NCBI GenBank assembly: GCA_963785305.1
Contig: CAWAUV010000008.1
Span: 992,001 to 1,056,000 of the forward strand
DNA from: an uncultured Planctomycetaceae bacterium
GTDB lineage: Bacteria; Planctomycetota; Planctomycetia; Pirellulales; PALSA-1355
Length of the DNA: 64,000 nucleotides
Direction of reading: 5' to 3'
Shown here: positions 41,152 to 51,676 of the stretch, one piece after another
Numbering within the stretch: position 1 is the stretch's first letter
Layout: the number at the start of each line of letters is the position of its first letter
Translations under genes and position numbers: made by a program
Notes under the pieces: model-generated
The model's input: the letters and a program-made list of their open reading frames with translations, nothing else
What the model was told of the DNA's origin: nothing
Databases searched by the model: none

Positions 41152-41980
41152 TCCGTGAGGAGAGTGAAGAAAACGAAATGTTGACGTTGCTCATCTAAAC
41201 CCCGGCGGCGGGGAAATGTTTCGCCCACGAAAAAAATCGCGGCTTTCCGCCGGCGATCGAGGTCGGCGCCCCCGGTCCACCTCGAATATGGGAACGGCTT
41301 TGAAGCGCGATTGCAAGGTTTACAACGATGCGAGCCGCCGAAACGGAGCGATATGTCGCCGATATTTTTGACGCAAGCTGTTTGCTCATAACGCCCTGGG
41401 ACGCGACTTGCGGTGTTCCAAATATCTCTGGCATGGCGGTTGCAGTGTTCGATTGGCGTTGTCGGGGGCCGGAAACATCGGGTCGCCGATGGCAAGGGTC
41501 GCACGGCGCTCCGCGATAGGGACGGCAGAAGCCGCGTTCGCGGAACAATCGTGCGGAAGCGAATGTTAAAGTATTACGCCCAAAAGAGTTTCATCAAATG
41601 GCCCCCGCTCTCCCGGTCGATGCTGTAGGCGCCTACAAGCGCATGCAAAGTCGATCCTCCGACACGGAAAGCGGCGCCGGCAGATGTGTGGCGTAGAATT
41701 GAACGGTTAGCGAGTGTGCGGCGGTGTGCTGGCTCCATGAGGTTCGTTCGACCTAAGATCACTTCCCAAATGGACTTGCCGATCACGGCGTATCCGTCCA
41801 GGTCGATCGAACAGGCGAGCCAGCGTCGCGCGAAGCGGAATCGTTCATAAAACGTCGGCCCAGAATTTTCCGCATTTCCACCACCGCTTTTCGACAGACT
41901 TTGGCGTTCTTCCGCCGGCCCATGCTTGGCATAATGGGGCGACGACGAATGACTCGGTTTTGTCCGCAAGGAGAATCGTG

Positions 41981-42265
41981 ATGCAAATCTCAGGTGTTTC
42001 GCAGTTGCATGGCGCGCAGTCGCTTTCGGGTCCCCATGCTTCGAGCCAGGCCTATGGCTCGTCCGGCGCCTCGGCGTCGGAGTCGTCGCCCGCGGCCGAA
42101 CTCCAATTGTCCTCGGCCGGGCAGGCTGCCTCGCTGCTGAACGACGTGCCGGATATCCGCCAAGATCGCGTCTCGGCGCTGCGGGCGGCGATTCAATCGG
42201 GAACCTACGAAACCCCCGAGCGACTCAGCGGCGCGGTTAGCCGGCTCTTGGACGAGATTGGCTAA
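41981..42265 (+). CDS. flgM: Anti-sigma-28 factor
   Basis: ELQLSSAG...PDIRQDRVSALRAAIQSGTY; RBS AAGGAG. Confidence 0.88.
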   Translation: MQISGVSQLHGAQSLSGPHASSQAYGSSGASASESSPAAELQLSSAGQAASLLNDVPDIRQDRVSALRAAIQSGTYETPERLSGAVSRLLDEIG

Positions 42266-42457
42266 AACTCGCCCGCCGGTGGCAAGCGGCGCTCGGACCG
42301 CCACGCGCTTGAAATCAGAGCGTGGCGCTTTACAATCGGTACTAGGGACAATCGCAACCACCCCGACCACCGGGGGGGCGATTCTCTCCTGCTTGACCCG
42401 TCGCGTCTCGGGCGATGGGGCATTGGTGGTCCGACGCTACCCGCGCCGTTGTTGCTT

Positions 42458-42958
42458 ATGTCGAATGAATTCGCGCTTGGTTCCGTGGAGGTTGCTTCAT
42501 CGCCGCGCGAGCGGTTCGAGGAGTTCTTGCAGAGTCGCGGCAAGCGAATCACGCAGCAGCGTCGCGTGATTGTCGATGAAGTCTTCCGGCAGCACGATCA
42601 TTTCGACGCCGAAAACCTGATCCAATTGCTCAGCGCCGTGGCCGATGGCCAACGTGTCAGTCGACCGACGGTCTATCGCACCCTCACCGAGCTTGTCGAC
42701 GCGGGGCTGCTGCGCGACATGGCCCTAGGCGGCCGCACCGTCTATGAACATGACTATGGCTATCCGCAACACGACCACCTGCATTGCCAGCGGTGCAACA
42801 AGCTGATCGAGTTCAGCAGCGAAGTGATGGCCCAGCTGCGCGAGGCGGTCGGCCGGGAGCACAACTTTCGCGTCACAGGGCATCGGCTGATTATCAACGG
42901 CGTGTGCGCCGAGTGCCGCGCCCTGCGCCGGCAGCCCCGTCGGCTCGACCTAATCTAA
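42458..42958 (+). CDS. fur: Fur-family transcriptional regulator
   Basis: RITQQR, HFDAE, SRPTVYRTL, HDHLHCQRC, GVCAEC. Confidence 0.9.
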   Translation: MSNEFALGSVEVASSPRERFEEFLQSRGKRITQQRRVIVDEVFRQHDHFDAENLIQLLSAVADGQRVSRPTVYRTLTELVDAGLLRDMALGGRTVYEHDYGYPQHDHLHCQRCNKLIEFSSEVMAQLREAVGREHNFRVTGHRLIINGVCAECRALRRQPRRLDLI

Positions 42959-43026
42959 TGGCCAGTTGAACGATTTAGCGGTCCGCCAAGCCCGCCGCCG
43001 CGCGAGGCGGCCCATGGACGATCCTT

Positions 43027-43083
43027 AAAAAAACAAACCGGCCGTTCTTTCCCCCAGCAGGGAGTGAACGGCCGGTTTTTCTA
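43027..43083. terminator. Bidirectional intrinsic terminator
   Basis: 13-bp stem AAACCGGCCGTTC / GAACGGCCGGTTT, A-run upstream and T-run downstream, between convergent genes. Confidence 0.8.
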
Positions 43084-43119
43084 TTTCACGCCACGCGGCG
43101 TCGAACTCGCGATCGGCGA

Positions 43120-44574
43120 TTAGAAGCGAACTTCGGCGCCGAGGTTGATCCCCTGAATCCAGACGCTTTGCTGGTTCCAAGAGAACTGCGGAAAGGCGCT
43201 CGTCGTGGGGAGCACCGGCGGGAAGCGGTTCGTGTCGACCCGAGGATCGATCTCGCTGCCCGGCCGCACGACATCGGTCAGGAACAGCAAGGTGTAGCCG
43301 ACATTGAGCCGCACATTCCGCCGCAATTGATAGTGGAGGTTGAGTTGCAATTCGGGAATCGCGGCGAAGCGATTGCGGGAATAAGTTCCGATATTGCCGC
43401 CGTAAGCATCGCGGGGCAGAGCCAAGATGCCGCCATTGGCATGGGTGGGAGCATAGCCCGGCACCGTGGTCACGGTGTTGCCCTGGATCGACACCTGTTG
43501 CTGCATGGCGCCCACGGCCACCTTCGGCGCCGCGTCGAATGACCAGCGTCCGCCGCGATCATACATCCACCGCAGGCCGAGGTTCAGACCGTTGAACATG
43601 TTCTGCGTGCCGAAGTTATCGCGAATATTGAAGGTTGTGCCCACCGGAACCGAACCGCCGGTGGCGGTCGACGAGCTCACGGTCTGAATGCCGAGCCCTT
43701 CGTCGAATCGCATGAAGCGGTAGCCGATCATTCCATCGAGCCGCACCGGGCCATTGCCCGACAGCGCCCGGCGAAGATTTACTTCCGTGCCAAAGACCTT
43801 GGTCGTGGCGGCGGTGGTGATCTGTCCGGCCACGAGTCCGGGAAAGGCAATCAGGTCCGAGTTTTGGGCGCCGGTGTTCACATCGTAAAACGGCCGCGCC
43901 AAGATCGGAGTTCCCTGCGACACGCCGGAGTTGTAGGAGGTATGCGTCTGCTGGAGGAAGAAGGATTGCGATTCGATGCCGATCGTTTGATTCGGGTCGA
44001 ACCAATAGCCGAGCGTGAACCGCCCGCCCGAGCGACCTTGGCCATTGATCCGGTTGCCTCCATCGAGCACCGTGGCCCCGGGCAGATCGCCCGCCGAACC
44101 TTGCGCGGTGCCCACCGGACTGGTCGTGGCCAAGGCGGGGGTGTTCATGCCCTGCACCCACCAATACAGATAGTCGGCCCCGGCATAGAGGCCATGTGGC
44201 GGCAAGCAACAGCCGCAGCCCTGGCCGCAGCCCAGGTCGCAGCCGCCGAGCGGACCGCCATCGTTGTCGTAACCGCCGGAGCGCAAGTAGGGATCGTCCC
44301 ACGACGATCCACCGGCCGGCGGAGTGGGAATGTTTTCCTCGGGCCCGCCGGCGCTGGAATCCGCGGGCGGCGCGGCGTCGTCGGAAGCGGCGTTCGGGGC
44401 CGGCGGCGATGGCTCTTCCGCCACGGGGCCAGCGTCGGGCGCTTGTGTCGGAACTGGACTGGCGTCGTCTGCCGCACGACGCGCAACTCTTGTGGGCGAA
44501 GCCGCTAGGGCCGTGGTTCCGGCTATCGCCAGCAGGCCCAACGCGGTCGCTCTCCAAAACGCCCTGCAACGCAT
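43120..44574 (-). CDS. BBP7-like outer membrane beta-barrel protein
   Basis: Signal peptide, Cys-rich linker, ADYLYWW, GGRFTLGYW, LARPFYD, C-terminal GINLGAEVRF. Confidence 0.85.
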   Translation of the reverse strand: MRCRAFWRATALGLLAIAGTTALAASPTRVARRAADDASPVPTQAPDAGPVAEEPSPPAPNAASDDAAPPADSSAGGPEENIPTPPAGGSSWDDPYLRSGGYDNDGGPLGGCDLGCGQGCGCCLPPHGLYAGADYLYWWVQGMNTPALATTSPVGTAQGSAGDLPGATVLDGGNRINGQGRSGGRFTLGYWFDPNQTIGIESQSFFLQQTHTSYNSGVSQGTPILARPFYDVNTGAQNSDLIAFPGLVAGQITTAATTKVFGTEVNLRRALSGNGPVRLDGMIGYRFMRFDEGLGIQTVSSSTATGGSVPVGTTFNIRDNFGTQNMFNGLNLGLRWMYDRGGRWSFDAAPKVAVGAMQQQVSIQGNTVTTVPGYAPTHANGGILALPRDAYGGNIGTYSRNRFAAIPELQLNLHYQLRRNVRLNVGYTLLFLTDVVRPGSEIDPRVDTNRFPPVLPTTSAFPQFSWNQQSVWIQGINLGAEVRF

Positions 44575-45062
44575 GATGAATCCCCCCTGGATCGAACTTG
44601 ATCAACGGGCCCGATCCTGTCTCGCCACTCGCAAGGGCAAGGATCGTTGTCGGGCGCCGTCCCCTTAGTAGGTTTGTCGGACAATCGGGTTTTGGCAGTT
44701 GAAACGAAAACGGTGAGTTTGCCGGTTTTTCGGAAGGCGCCACTTATTCGGTTTTTGCGACCTTCTGGGCTGCCCCCGGTTTGCCCGAGCGCCAGGGTCG
44801 AGGCCGCTGCTTAGGTGATTTGCGAGCGGCGCCTGGAATGCAAGCACGATCCCTCGCGAAATCGAAGCGCCTCGCGGCGATCGTCAAAAAAGCGATCGAC
44901 GCAAAGCTCTTTATTTCAGCGTGTTACAGATCGGCGGCATCCCGCATTAAGTTATTGGCCTTTGATTTGCTTTATCGCGATTCCCCAAGGACGCAGCTGC
45001 TCGCGAACCGAGCAGTCGGATTCAGCCGGCCGGTTCTTACAAAACTTTTGGGGCGCTACCAC

Positions 45063-46175
45063 ATGTCTCGTTCCCCGCAGGGAAGTCAAATCCGTCAAGG
45101 AAGTCGAGTTCGTTCGCCGCGTGTTTGGGGCGCGCCGCGAGCAAAGGGAAGAGACCTGGGGTCGTGTCGGATTGCGGGGGGCGATTCGTGGCCGCGCCGA
45201 GCTTCGCACAACTCGATCGTTCGCGTGGGGGCGGCGATCGCGGTTGCGTGCATGTTCTCGGCGGCCATGATCGCCACTTCCGCTGCCCATGCCGCCGAGA
45301 CTCGCGCCGCGGCTGTTCGGCCGAGCGCGGCCGCGATCTCGTTCAAGAGTAGCTGGCTTGTGACCGAGTCGGCGAACTTTCGGGTGCTGGTCTATGGCGC
45401 CCAGCCCGCGAGTCGGCAAATTTGCGATTCGTGCGAAACGTTGCGAAGCCAACTCATCGAAAAATGGCTCGGCGCCGGAGCCGCTCAAAAAGCGGTCTCC
45501 GAGCCCTGGTCGCCCAAGTGCGATATCATCATCCACTCGACCGCCGCCGGCTATGTTCGCGCGGTCGGGCCGGGCGGCAACATGACGGTCGCTTCCTCGC
45601 TCGTGGATCAGGATCGCGGTCGGATTCATGTGCGGCGCATTGATGTTCGCGGCCAAGACGCACACTGGCAAACCTCGGCCCTGCCGCATGAAATGACGCA
45701 TGTGGTGCTGGCCGACCGCTTCGCCGGGCAGCGACTGCCTCGCTGGGCCGATGAAGGCGTGGCCACCTTGGCCGATCCCTTTGCCAAACGGCAGGGTCAC
45801 CTGCGCGACCTGCACCAGGCCGTGGCCACGCGCTCCGCGTTTCGTATCGCCGAGCTCTTCACGATGGACGATTACCCGCCGGCCAGCCGCTGGGCCGCTT
45901 TCTATGGCCAGAGCATTTCACTCACCGAGTATCTGGTCGATCGCGGTCAGTCGTCGGAACAGTTCGTCAACTTCGTCGAGTGCGCCATGAACAAGGGATA
46001 CGAGACGGCGCTGCGGGAGGTCTACCGCATCAATGGACCGGCGGAGCTGGAGCGCGACTGGATGGCATCGATCCGCGCGACCAAGCCGACCGCGAAGCCC
46101 ACGGCGAGCACCGCCGCGAAGCCGGCACGCAACGCGACCACGTCGAACACCGTGCCGCGCGAGCGCGCAACCTGA
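45063..46175 (+). CDS. Secreted zinc metallopeptidase (peptidase MA-like)
   Basis: LPHEMTHVVL followed by PRWADEG, FYGQS; start uncertain. Confidence 0.8.
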   Translation: MSRSPQGSQIRQGSRVRSPRVWGAPRAKGRDLGSCRIAGGDSWPRRASHNSIVRVGAAIAVACMFSAAMIATSAAHAAETRAAAVRPSAAAISFKSSWLVTESANFRVLVYGAQPASRQICDSCETLRSQLIEKWLGAGAAQKAVSEPWSPKCDIIIHSTAAGYVRAVGPGGNMTVASSLVDQDRGRIHVRRIDVRGQDAHWQTSALPHEMTHVVLADRFAGQRLPRWADEGVATLADPFAKRQGHLRDLHQAVATRSAFRIAELFTMDDYPPASRWAAFYGQSISLTEYLVDRGQSSEQFVNFVECAMNKGYETALREVYRINGPAELERDWMASIRATKPTAKPTASTAAKPARNATTSNTVPRERAT

Positions 46176-46283
46176 GCCGTTGCGTGTTGAAAATCAGCCG
46201 GCGCCGGGCAGGCACGGCCGGAAGCGATTCAGGCATTGCACGATGCGAGGGGAGATGGACTTCCATCGCTCGGCGACCGTTTG

Positions 46284-47039
46284 TCAATGCACGGTGTGTC
46301 CGCCGGTCACCGAAATGGTTTGGCCGGTGACGAACGAGGCGCCTTCGCTGGCGAAATAGGTCACGGCCGCGGCCACGTCGGCCGGCGTCCCCCAGCGGCC
46401 AGCCGGCACGGTGGCGAGGTAGGCGTCTTTCATTTCTTGCGGATCGGTTTCATGGCGCTCGACCGGAACCCAGCCGGGAGCGACCATGTTGACCGTGATT
46501 CCAAACGGCGCCAACTCGCGGGCCAAGCTGCGTGAAAAACCGGTTTGGCCGCCCTTGGCCGCCACATACGCCGTGAAAGGCGCTACGCCAAGCTGAAACA
46601 CCTCGCTCGTGATATTGATGATCCGCCCCCAGCGCTGGCGCTTCATGTGTTCGAGCGTGGCCAGGGTGAGCAAGTAGGGGCTTTTGACGAAGAAGTCGAG
46701 CATCGATTGGTAAAACGCCCAATCGTATTCTTCGATCGGCTTGAGCGGCTGCTCGCAGGTGGCGTTGGCCACGACGATATCGATCGGCCCAAGTTTCTCG
46801 CCAGTCTCGCGGCACATGCGATTGACTTCGTCGGCGTTGGTCACATCGGCCCGCGCCAGCAGCCCTTCGTGGCCGGCGCTCTGGAATTCATCGAACATGG
46901 CGCGGGCCCGCGATTCATTGCGAGCATAGTTCACCGCCACCCGCGCTCCGGCTTCGGCGAGTCCGAAAGCAATGGCCTTGCCGAGCCCGGTGCTGGAGCC
47001 GGTCACGAGCGCAACGCGACCTTTGAGACAATGCGACAT
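46284..47039 (-). CDS. SDR oxidoreductase (FabG-like)
   Basis: TGSSTGLG, YVAAK, VNMVAPG, FVTGQTI. Confidence 0.92.
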   Translation of the reverse strand: MSHCLKGRVALVTGSSTGLGKAIAFGLAEAGARVAVNYARNESRARAMFDEFQSAGHEGLLARADVTNADEVNRMCRETGEKLGPIDIVVANATCEQPLKPIEEYDWAFYQSMLDFFVKSPYLLTLATLEHMKRQRWGRIINITSEVFQLGVAPFTAYVAAKGGQTGFSRSLARELAPFGITVNMVAPGWVPVERHETDPQEMKDAYLATVPAGRWGTPADVAAAVTYFASEGASFVTGQTISVTGGHTVH

Positions 47040-47290
47040 GGGGAAAAACTCCTGGAGGGTTCGGCTTGATGGAAACACATTGGGCGGCGGCTTGCCTCCA
47101 CATCTTTTCGAATTCTCAAGACCGCTGTCAAGCGGCGGAGGAGCCGAAATCCGCTCGCGGCGCATGCGGACCGCTTGCGCGATGCTCGCCCATTTCTTGT
47201 CTCGAAACCGGGCCAATGTCTTTGTTACAGTTGGCGGGCGCGCCTGGAGCGCCGTATGGGCATCGCTCGCGAATGTTTTGGGAGGTCGCC

Positions 47291-48226
47291 ATGCACGCAA
47301 CGGTTCAACGCGAAGCGGCGGGTCGGTTGGGTGCTACGGGCGGCGCTGCGCCGCATGGCGCTGCATCGCCCGTCGCTCGCGAGTATTTCGACGATGTTTA
47401 TTCGCTCGCCGGCTATCTGGCCGATGCCGCCGCGGGCCCGGGCGCCGAAAGCGGGCTGCGGTTTGTCTATCGGCCGGCGCTGGTCGAGGAGCGGGCTCGG
47501 CTCGGCGAAGCGTGTCGGCGGCTCGCGCCCGACGAAGCTGATCGCCGGGTGGCTGAATTCGTGGCCCAGCGGATCATCGCCTGCCATTCGGTTGACTCGG
47601 GTCGTGAGAACGGCGCGTCTTGCGAGAATGGCTCGGATGCCGCGGATGGCTCGGCGATCCTAGTAACGGGCGAGAATTTGTTCGCGCTCGAGCGGGCCGT
47701 GTTTGCCAGGCTGCCGGCGGTGGTGCTCGGCCACTCGGACGGAGAGATCGATCCGCGATGGTCGGAAGCAACGCGGAGCGAGCATCGGAAGCTCGTCTTC
47801 GCGGCGGCCGAGAGAGGGCAGAGCGTGGGCGAATACCGCGAACGGCGCGACGAGCGCCGCCTGGCTTGGGCCGTGGGCATAGCGCTCGCCCATCCGCGGC
47901 TCGCGGAGCGGACTTGCGAGCGATGCACGGCCTGGATGCACGATGAGGCCCATCGGATCAAACTGTGGAATGGCCGCCCGCTTGCCCGCCCGGCCGAGAG
48001 CCCCACGCCCTGCTGGCAATGCCCCAAGCAGAGCCCGGTCGCCGGGGCGATCTATGAGCAAATGCTTCCCCGAGTCGAGCGGTTAATCGACTTTCATGCG
48101 CGGGGACGAGCCACCTGCGGCCGCTCGCTCGATGGCGGGCATTTGCGCGACGCCCACTTGCTCCGTGACCTAGCGATCGTCGACACATGTGTCCGCCGCT
48201 GGGAACGATCGTTGCCAAAGGCGTGA
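47291..48226 (+). CDS. Hypothetical protein, phage tail-assembly-chaperone-like with Cys-rich C-terminal half
   Basis: RBS GGAGG at 47281; LRFVYRPALVEER; CERC and CWQCPK pairs; the function call is inference. Confidence 0.55.
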   Translation: MHATVQREAAGRLGATGGAAPHGAASPVAREYFDDVYSLAGYLADAAAGPGAESGLRFVYRPALVEERARLGEACRRLAPDEADRRVAEFVAQRIIACHSVDSGRENGASCENGSDAADGSAILVTGENLFALERAVFARLPAVVLGHSDGEIDPRWSEATRSEHRKLVFAAAERGQSVGEYRERRDERRLAWAVGIALAHPRLAERTCERCTAWMHDEAHRIKLWNGRPLARPAESPTPCWQCPKQSPVAGAIYEQMLPRVERLIDFHARGRATCGRSLDGGHLRDAHLLRDLAIVDTCVRRWERSLPKA

Positions 48227-48564
48227 ATAACGACGTCCTGGCTCCGCCATCTCGCTGAAAGCCGAGGCGCCCGCTTCGCCACGCCCTTGGCGGGGCACGC
48301 CACCGTGCAACGCCCTGCGGCCCGTCTTGGCCAATCGCCGAAAAACCGTTGCCAGGCCCACGCCTTTGGGGGGCTTTTTCTGGACGCGCCTCATGCATCG
48401 CGATATTATGAACGGGCGTTTGGCAGGCCGCGCGATTTCGCGCCGGGCTGCTCGCGCCGCGCGTGGCCCGACACTGCCCAGCGCCGCGACCTCACCTTTA
48501 CCGATCGGCGCTCGCCAAATTCGAGGCAAGCGCCGATCCCGCCCCCGCGATCGAAATCTCCCCC

Positions 48565-51516
48565 ATGAGCAGAGCCCCGTTTAGGCTGGTTTGCTGGTCG
48601 CTGCGCGGGCAGCAACGCGCCCTTGTTCGGCGAAGCGCTCGCCTCGCGGCGTGGAGCACTCGCCTCGCGGCGGGAAACATGGTCGTCGCCGGGTGGCTCG
48701 TATTCTTGAGCGTGCCAGACGCCGTTGCCGACGACGCCGCGAATTCGCCCGGCGCCGGCGCTGCCTCGCCCGACCCCGCGGCAATTGAATTCTTCGAAAA
48801 AGAAATCCGCCCGGTTTTGGCCACGCGCTGCCAATCGTGTCATGGGCCCGAGAAACAAAAAGGCGGCCTGCGGCTCGACTCGGCCGAGGCCCTGCGCCGT
48901 GGCGGCGATAGCGGACCGGTGCTGTCGGGCTCCAATCCCGACGCGAGCCCGCTCGTCCAAGCGGTGCGCTATGCCGACGATCCGAAGATGCCCCCCGATG
49001 GGAAGCTGCCGGAAACGGCGGTGGCGGCGCTCGCGCATTGGGTGCGGCTCGGCAGTCCCTGGCCGGCGAATAACGCCGCCGGGCCGACGAACACAACCGC
49101 GCCGGCGCCGGCGGTCGATGCGTGGCGGCGGCACTGGGCATTTCGGCCGGTCCTCGAGCCGGCGGCGCCGAGCGTCGCATCGTCGCCCGAGGGCTGGGGC
49201 TCGCCGGTCGATCGATTCGTGCTGGCGGCGCTCGAGAAAAACGGGTTGACCCCCTCGCCGTCGGCCGATCGCCGCGTGTTCATTCGTCGGGCAACGTTCG
49301 ATCTTCTGGGCCTCCCGCCCCGACCGGACGAGGTCGAGGCGTTCGTGGCCGACACCGATCCCGAGGCCTATGCGCATCTTGTCGATCGGCTGCTCGCCTC
49401 GCCGCGCTATGGCGAACGCTGGGGCCGCCACTGGCTCGACGTGGCCCGCTATGCCGACACCAAGGGCTACACTTTCATGGAGAGCCGCAAGTATCCCTAC
49501 GCGTATACTTATCGCGACTGGGTCGTGCGGGCTTTCAACGAAGACCTGCCCTACGACCGCTTTCTCGAACAGCAACTCGCGGCCGATTGCCTGGGCGAAA
49601 GCAACGACAAGCGAAATCTCGCGGCGCTCGGCTTCCTGACATTGGGCCGACGATTCCTCAACAATCAGCCCGACATCATCGACGACCGGATCGATGTGGT
49701 GGCGCGCGGCGCCTTGGGCCTGACCGTGGCCTGCGCTCGGTGCCACGATCACAAGTTCGACCCGATCCCGACGGCCGATTACTACTCGCTCTATGGTATC
49801 TTCGCCTCGACCGATGAGCGCACGGTGGCGATCGAGCCGCCGAGCGAGCAGTTCTCCAGCGAGCTTGCCAAGCGCGAACAGGCGGTGATCGAATTTCTCG
49901 ACTCCGAGCGCGAGCAGTTCATGGCCGATTCGCGCAATCGCATGGCCGACTATTGGCTGGCGTCGCTCGAGGCGATCCGGCAGGGCGCCCCTAAATCGTT
50001 TACGGTCGGCGAGAAGGCCGGCAATCTGCACCCGCAGGCGTTCAATCGCTGGCGCGACTTCTTGAAGCCGATCGTCGAGCAACAAACGTTCGATCCCGTG
50101 TTCGGTCCCTGGGCCGCGCTGGCCGAAGTTCCGGCCGATCGCTTTGCCGACGCGGCCGCGATGCTTGTCGCCCACTTCTCGCGCATGGCGGCGGGCGAGG
50201 AATCGGCGCCGGGCCCGGGGCGGATCAACCGGCGCATGGCCGAGCGCCTCGCCGCGGCTCCGCTCAACTCGCTGGCCGATGTGGCCCGCGTGTATCAACA
50301 TCTGCTCTCCGGAGCCGACGACGCATGGCGCCAAGCGGTCTCCGCCGCGAGCGAAGGGCGGCAACCGGCGCCCACCCAACTCGCCGACGCGGACACCGAA
50401 GAGCTGCGGGGCCACATACATGGCCACCGGCTGCCGCTCGATATTCAGCCCGATAAGTTTCGCAAACTGCTCAACACGGCGCAGCACAATAAACTCGTGG
50501 CGCTCGAAAACAAAGTCACCGATTGGATGGCTTCGCCCGAGGCGCCGGCAAGCGCGATGGCGATGGTCGATAAACCGGCCCCGGTGAAGCAGCGCATCTT
50601 CGTGCGAGGCAACCCCGGCGCCGGCGGCGCGGAAACACCGCGCCAATTTCTCGCGTGCCTGTCGGAGTCGGAGCGCAAACCGTTCGAAAAAGGCAGCGGC
50701 CGCTTGGAACTGGCCCGCGCCATTGTTTGCCGCGACAATCCGCTTACGGCGCGGGTCTGGGTCAACCGTGTGTGGCAGCATCATTTCGGCGTGGGACTGG
50801 TGCGAACGACGAGCGATTTTGGCTTGCGGAGCGATCCGCCCACGCATCCGGAGTTGCTCGATTATCTGGCTTGGCGACTCATGGAGTCGGGCTGGTCGAC
50901 CAAAGCGCTCCAGCGTCTTATTCTGCTCAGCGGCGTGTATCGCCAGTCGAGCGCCGACCGGCCCGAGTGCAAGCAGATCGATCCGGCGAATCGGTTGCTG
51001 TGGAAGATGAATCGTCAGCGGCTCGATTGGGAAGCCACGCGCAACGCGCTCTTGGCCACGGCGGGCACGCTCGACCCGAGCTTGGGCGGAATCTCGGTCG
51101 ATCTCACGACCGAGCCGTTCAGCCATCGCCGCACGATCTATGGCTCGATCGACCGGCAGAATCTGCCCGGCGTGTTTCGCGCCTTCGACATGGCCAGTCC
51201 CGACACGCATACCCCCACCCGCTTCGTGACCACGGTGCCGCAGCAGGCGCTGTTTTTGTTCAATAGTCCGTTCGCGGCCCAGCAAGCTCGCGACTTTGCC
51301 GGCCGGGCCGATGTCGCGTCGCTCGCCGAGCCCGATATTCGAATCCGCCGAATGTACTTGCTCGCGTTGGGCCGGGCGCCCAGTGATGAAGAGATTTCGC
51401 TCGGCCGTCAGTTTCTTGCCGCCCAAGGCGCCGACGCCGCCGACGGCAAGCTCAATGCTTGGCAGAGTTACGCGCAAGCAATTCTGTTGACCAACGAGTT
51501 TATTTTTGTCGACTAG
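48565..51516 (+). CDS. Planctomycete cytochrome c / DUF1549 / DUF1553 protein
   Basis: FFEKEIRPVL..CQSCH, HWAF, YGERWGRHWLDVARYAD, CARCHDHKFDP, NPLTARVWVNRVWQHHFG. Confidence 0.93.
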   Translation: MSRAPFRLVCWSLRGQQRALVRRSARLAAWSTRLAAGNMVVAGWLVFLSVPDAVADDAANSPGAGAASPDPAAIEFFEKEIRPVLATRCQSCHGPEKQKGGLRLDSAEALRRGGDSGPVLSGSNPDASPLVQAVRYADDPKMPPDGKLPETAVAALAHWVRLGSPWPANNAAGPTNTTAPAPAVDAWRRHWAFRPVLEPAAPSVASSPEGWGSPVDRFVLAALEKNGLTPSPSADRRVFIRRATFDLLGLPPRPDEVEAFVADTDPEAYAHLVDRLLASPRYGERWGRHWLDVARYADTKGYTFMESRKYPYAYTYRDWVVRAFNEDLPYDRFLEQQLAADCLGESNDKRNLAALGFLTLGRRFLNNQPDIIDDRIDVVARGALGLTVACARCHDHKFDPIPTADYYSLYGIFASTDERTVAIEPPSEQFSSELAKREQAVIEFLDSEREQFMADSRNRMADYWLASLEAIRQGAPKSFTVGEKAGNLHPQAFNRWRDFLKPIVEQQTFDPVFGPWAALAEVPADRFADAAAMLVAHFSRMAAGEESAPGPGRINRRMAERLAAAPLNSLADVARVYQHLLSGADDAWRQAVSAASEGRQPAPTQLADADTEELRGHIHGHRLPLDIQPDKFRKLLNTAQHNKLVALENKVTDWMASPEAPASAMAMVDKPAPVKQRIFVRGNPGAGGAETPRQFLACLSESERKPFEKGSGRLELARAIVCRDNPLTARVWVNRVWQHHFGVGLVRTTSDFGLRSDPPTHPELLDYLAWRLMESGWSTKALQRLILLSGVYRQSSADRPECKQIDPANRLLWKMNRQRLDWEATRNALLATAGTLDPSLGGISVDLTTEPFSHRRTIYGSIDRQNLPGVFRAFDMASPDTHTPTRFVTTVPQQALFLFNSPFAAQQARDFAGRADVASLAEPDIRIRRMYLLALGRAPSDEEISLGRQFLAAQGADAADGKLNAWQSYAQAILLTNEFIFVD

Positions 51517-51676
51517 CATGTGGGAAGCCAGCGGCGGCGATGCCCCGCTTGCGTGCCCTCGCGTGCCTTTCGGGTTAGGATCGTAGTTACTCGTTTCGGG
51601 CCGAGATCCGAAGGCGCCGCCCATGCTCCTTCACGATCCGAAACGGCGCCGAGGGCTTCGGCCGGAGACAAAGACC

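Noticed and set aside
41340..41790. Sigma28 promoter for flgM
   Set aside because: GCCGAT cores are present but none has a TAAA-like -35 at N15 spacing.
48406..51624. 1072-aa minus-strand ORF and other long antisense ORFs (e.g. 4956-6620, 6949-8322, 39853-41103, 62242-63540)
   Set aside because: Shadow frames of well-supported genes in high-GC DNA, with no recognisable motifs.
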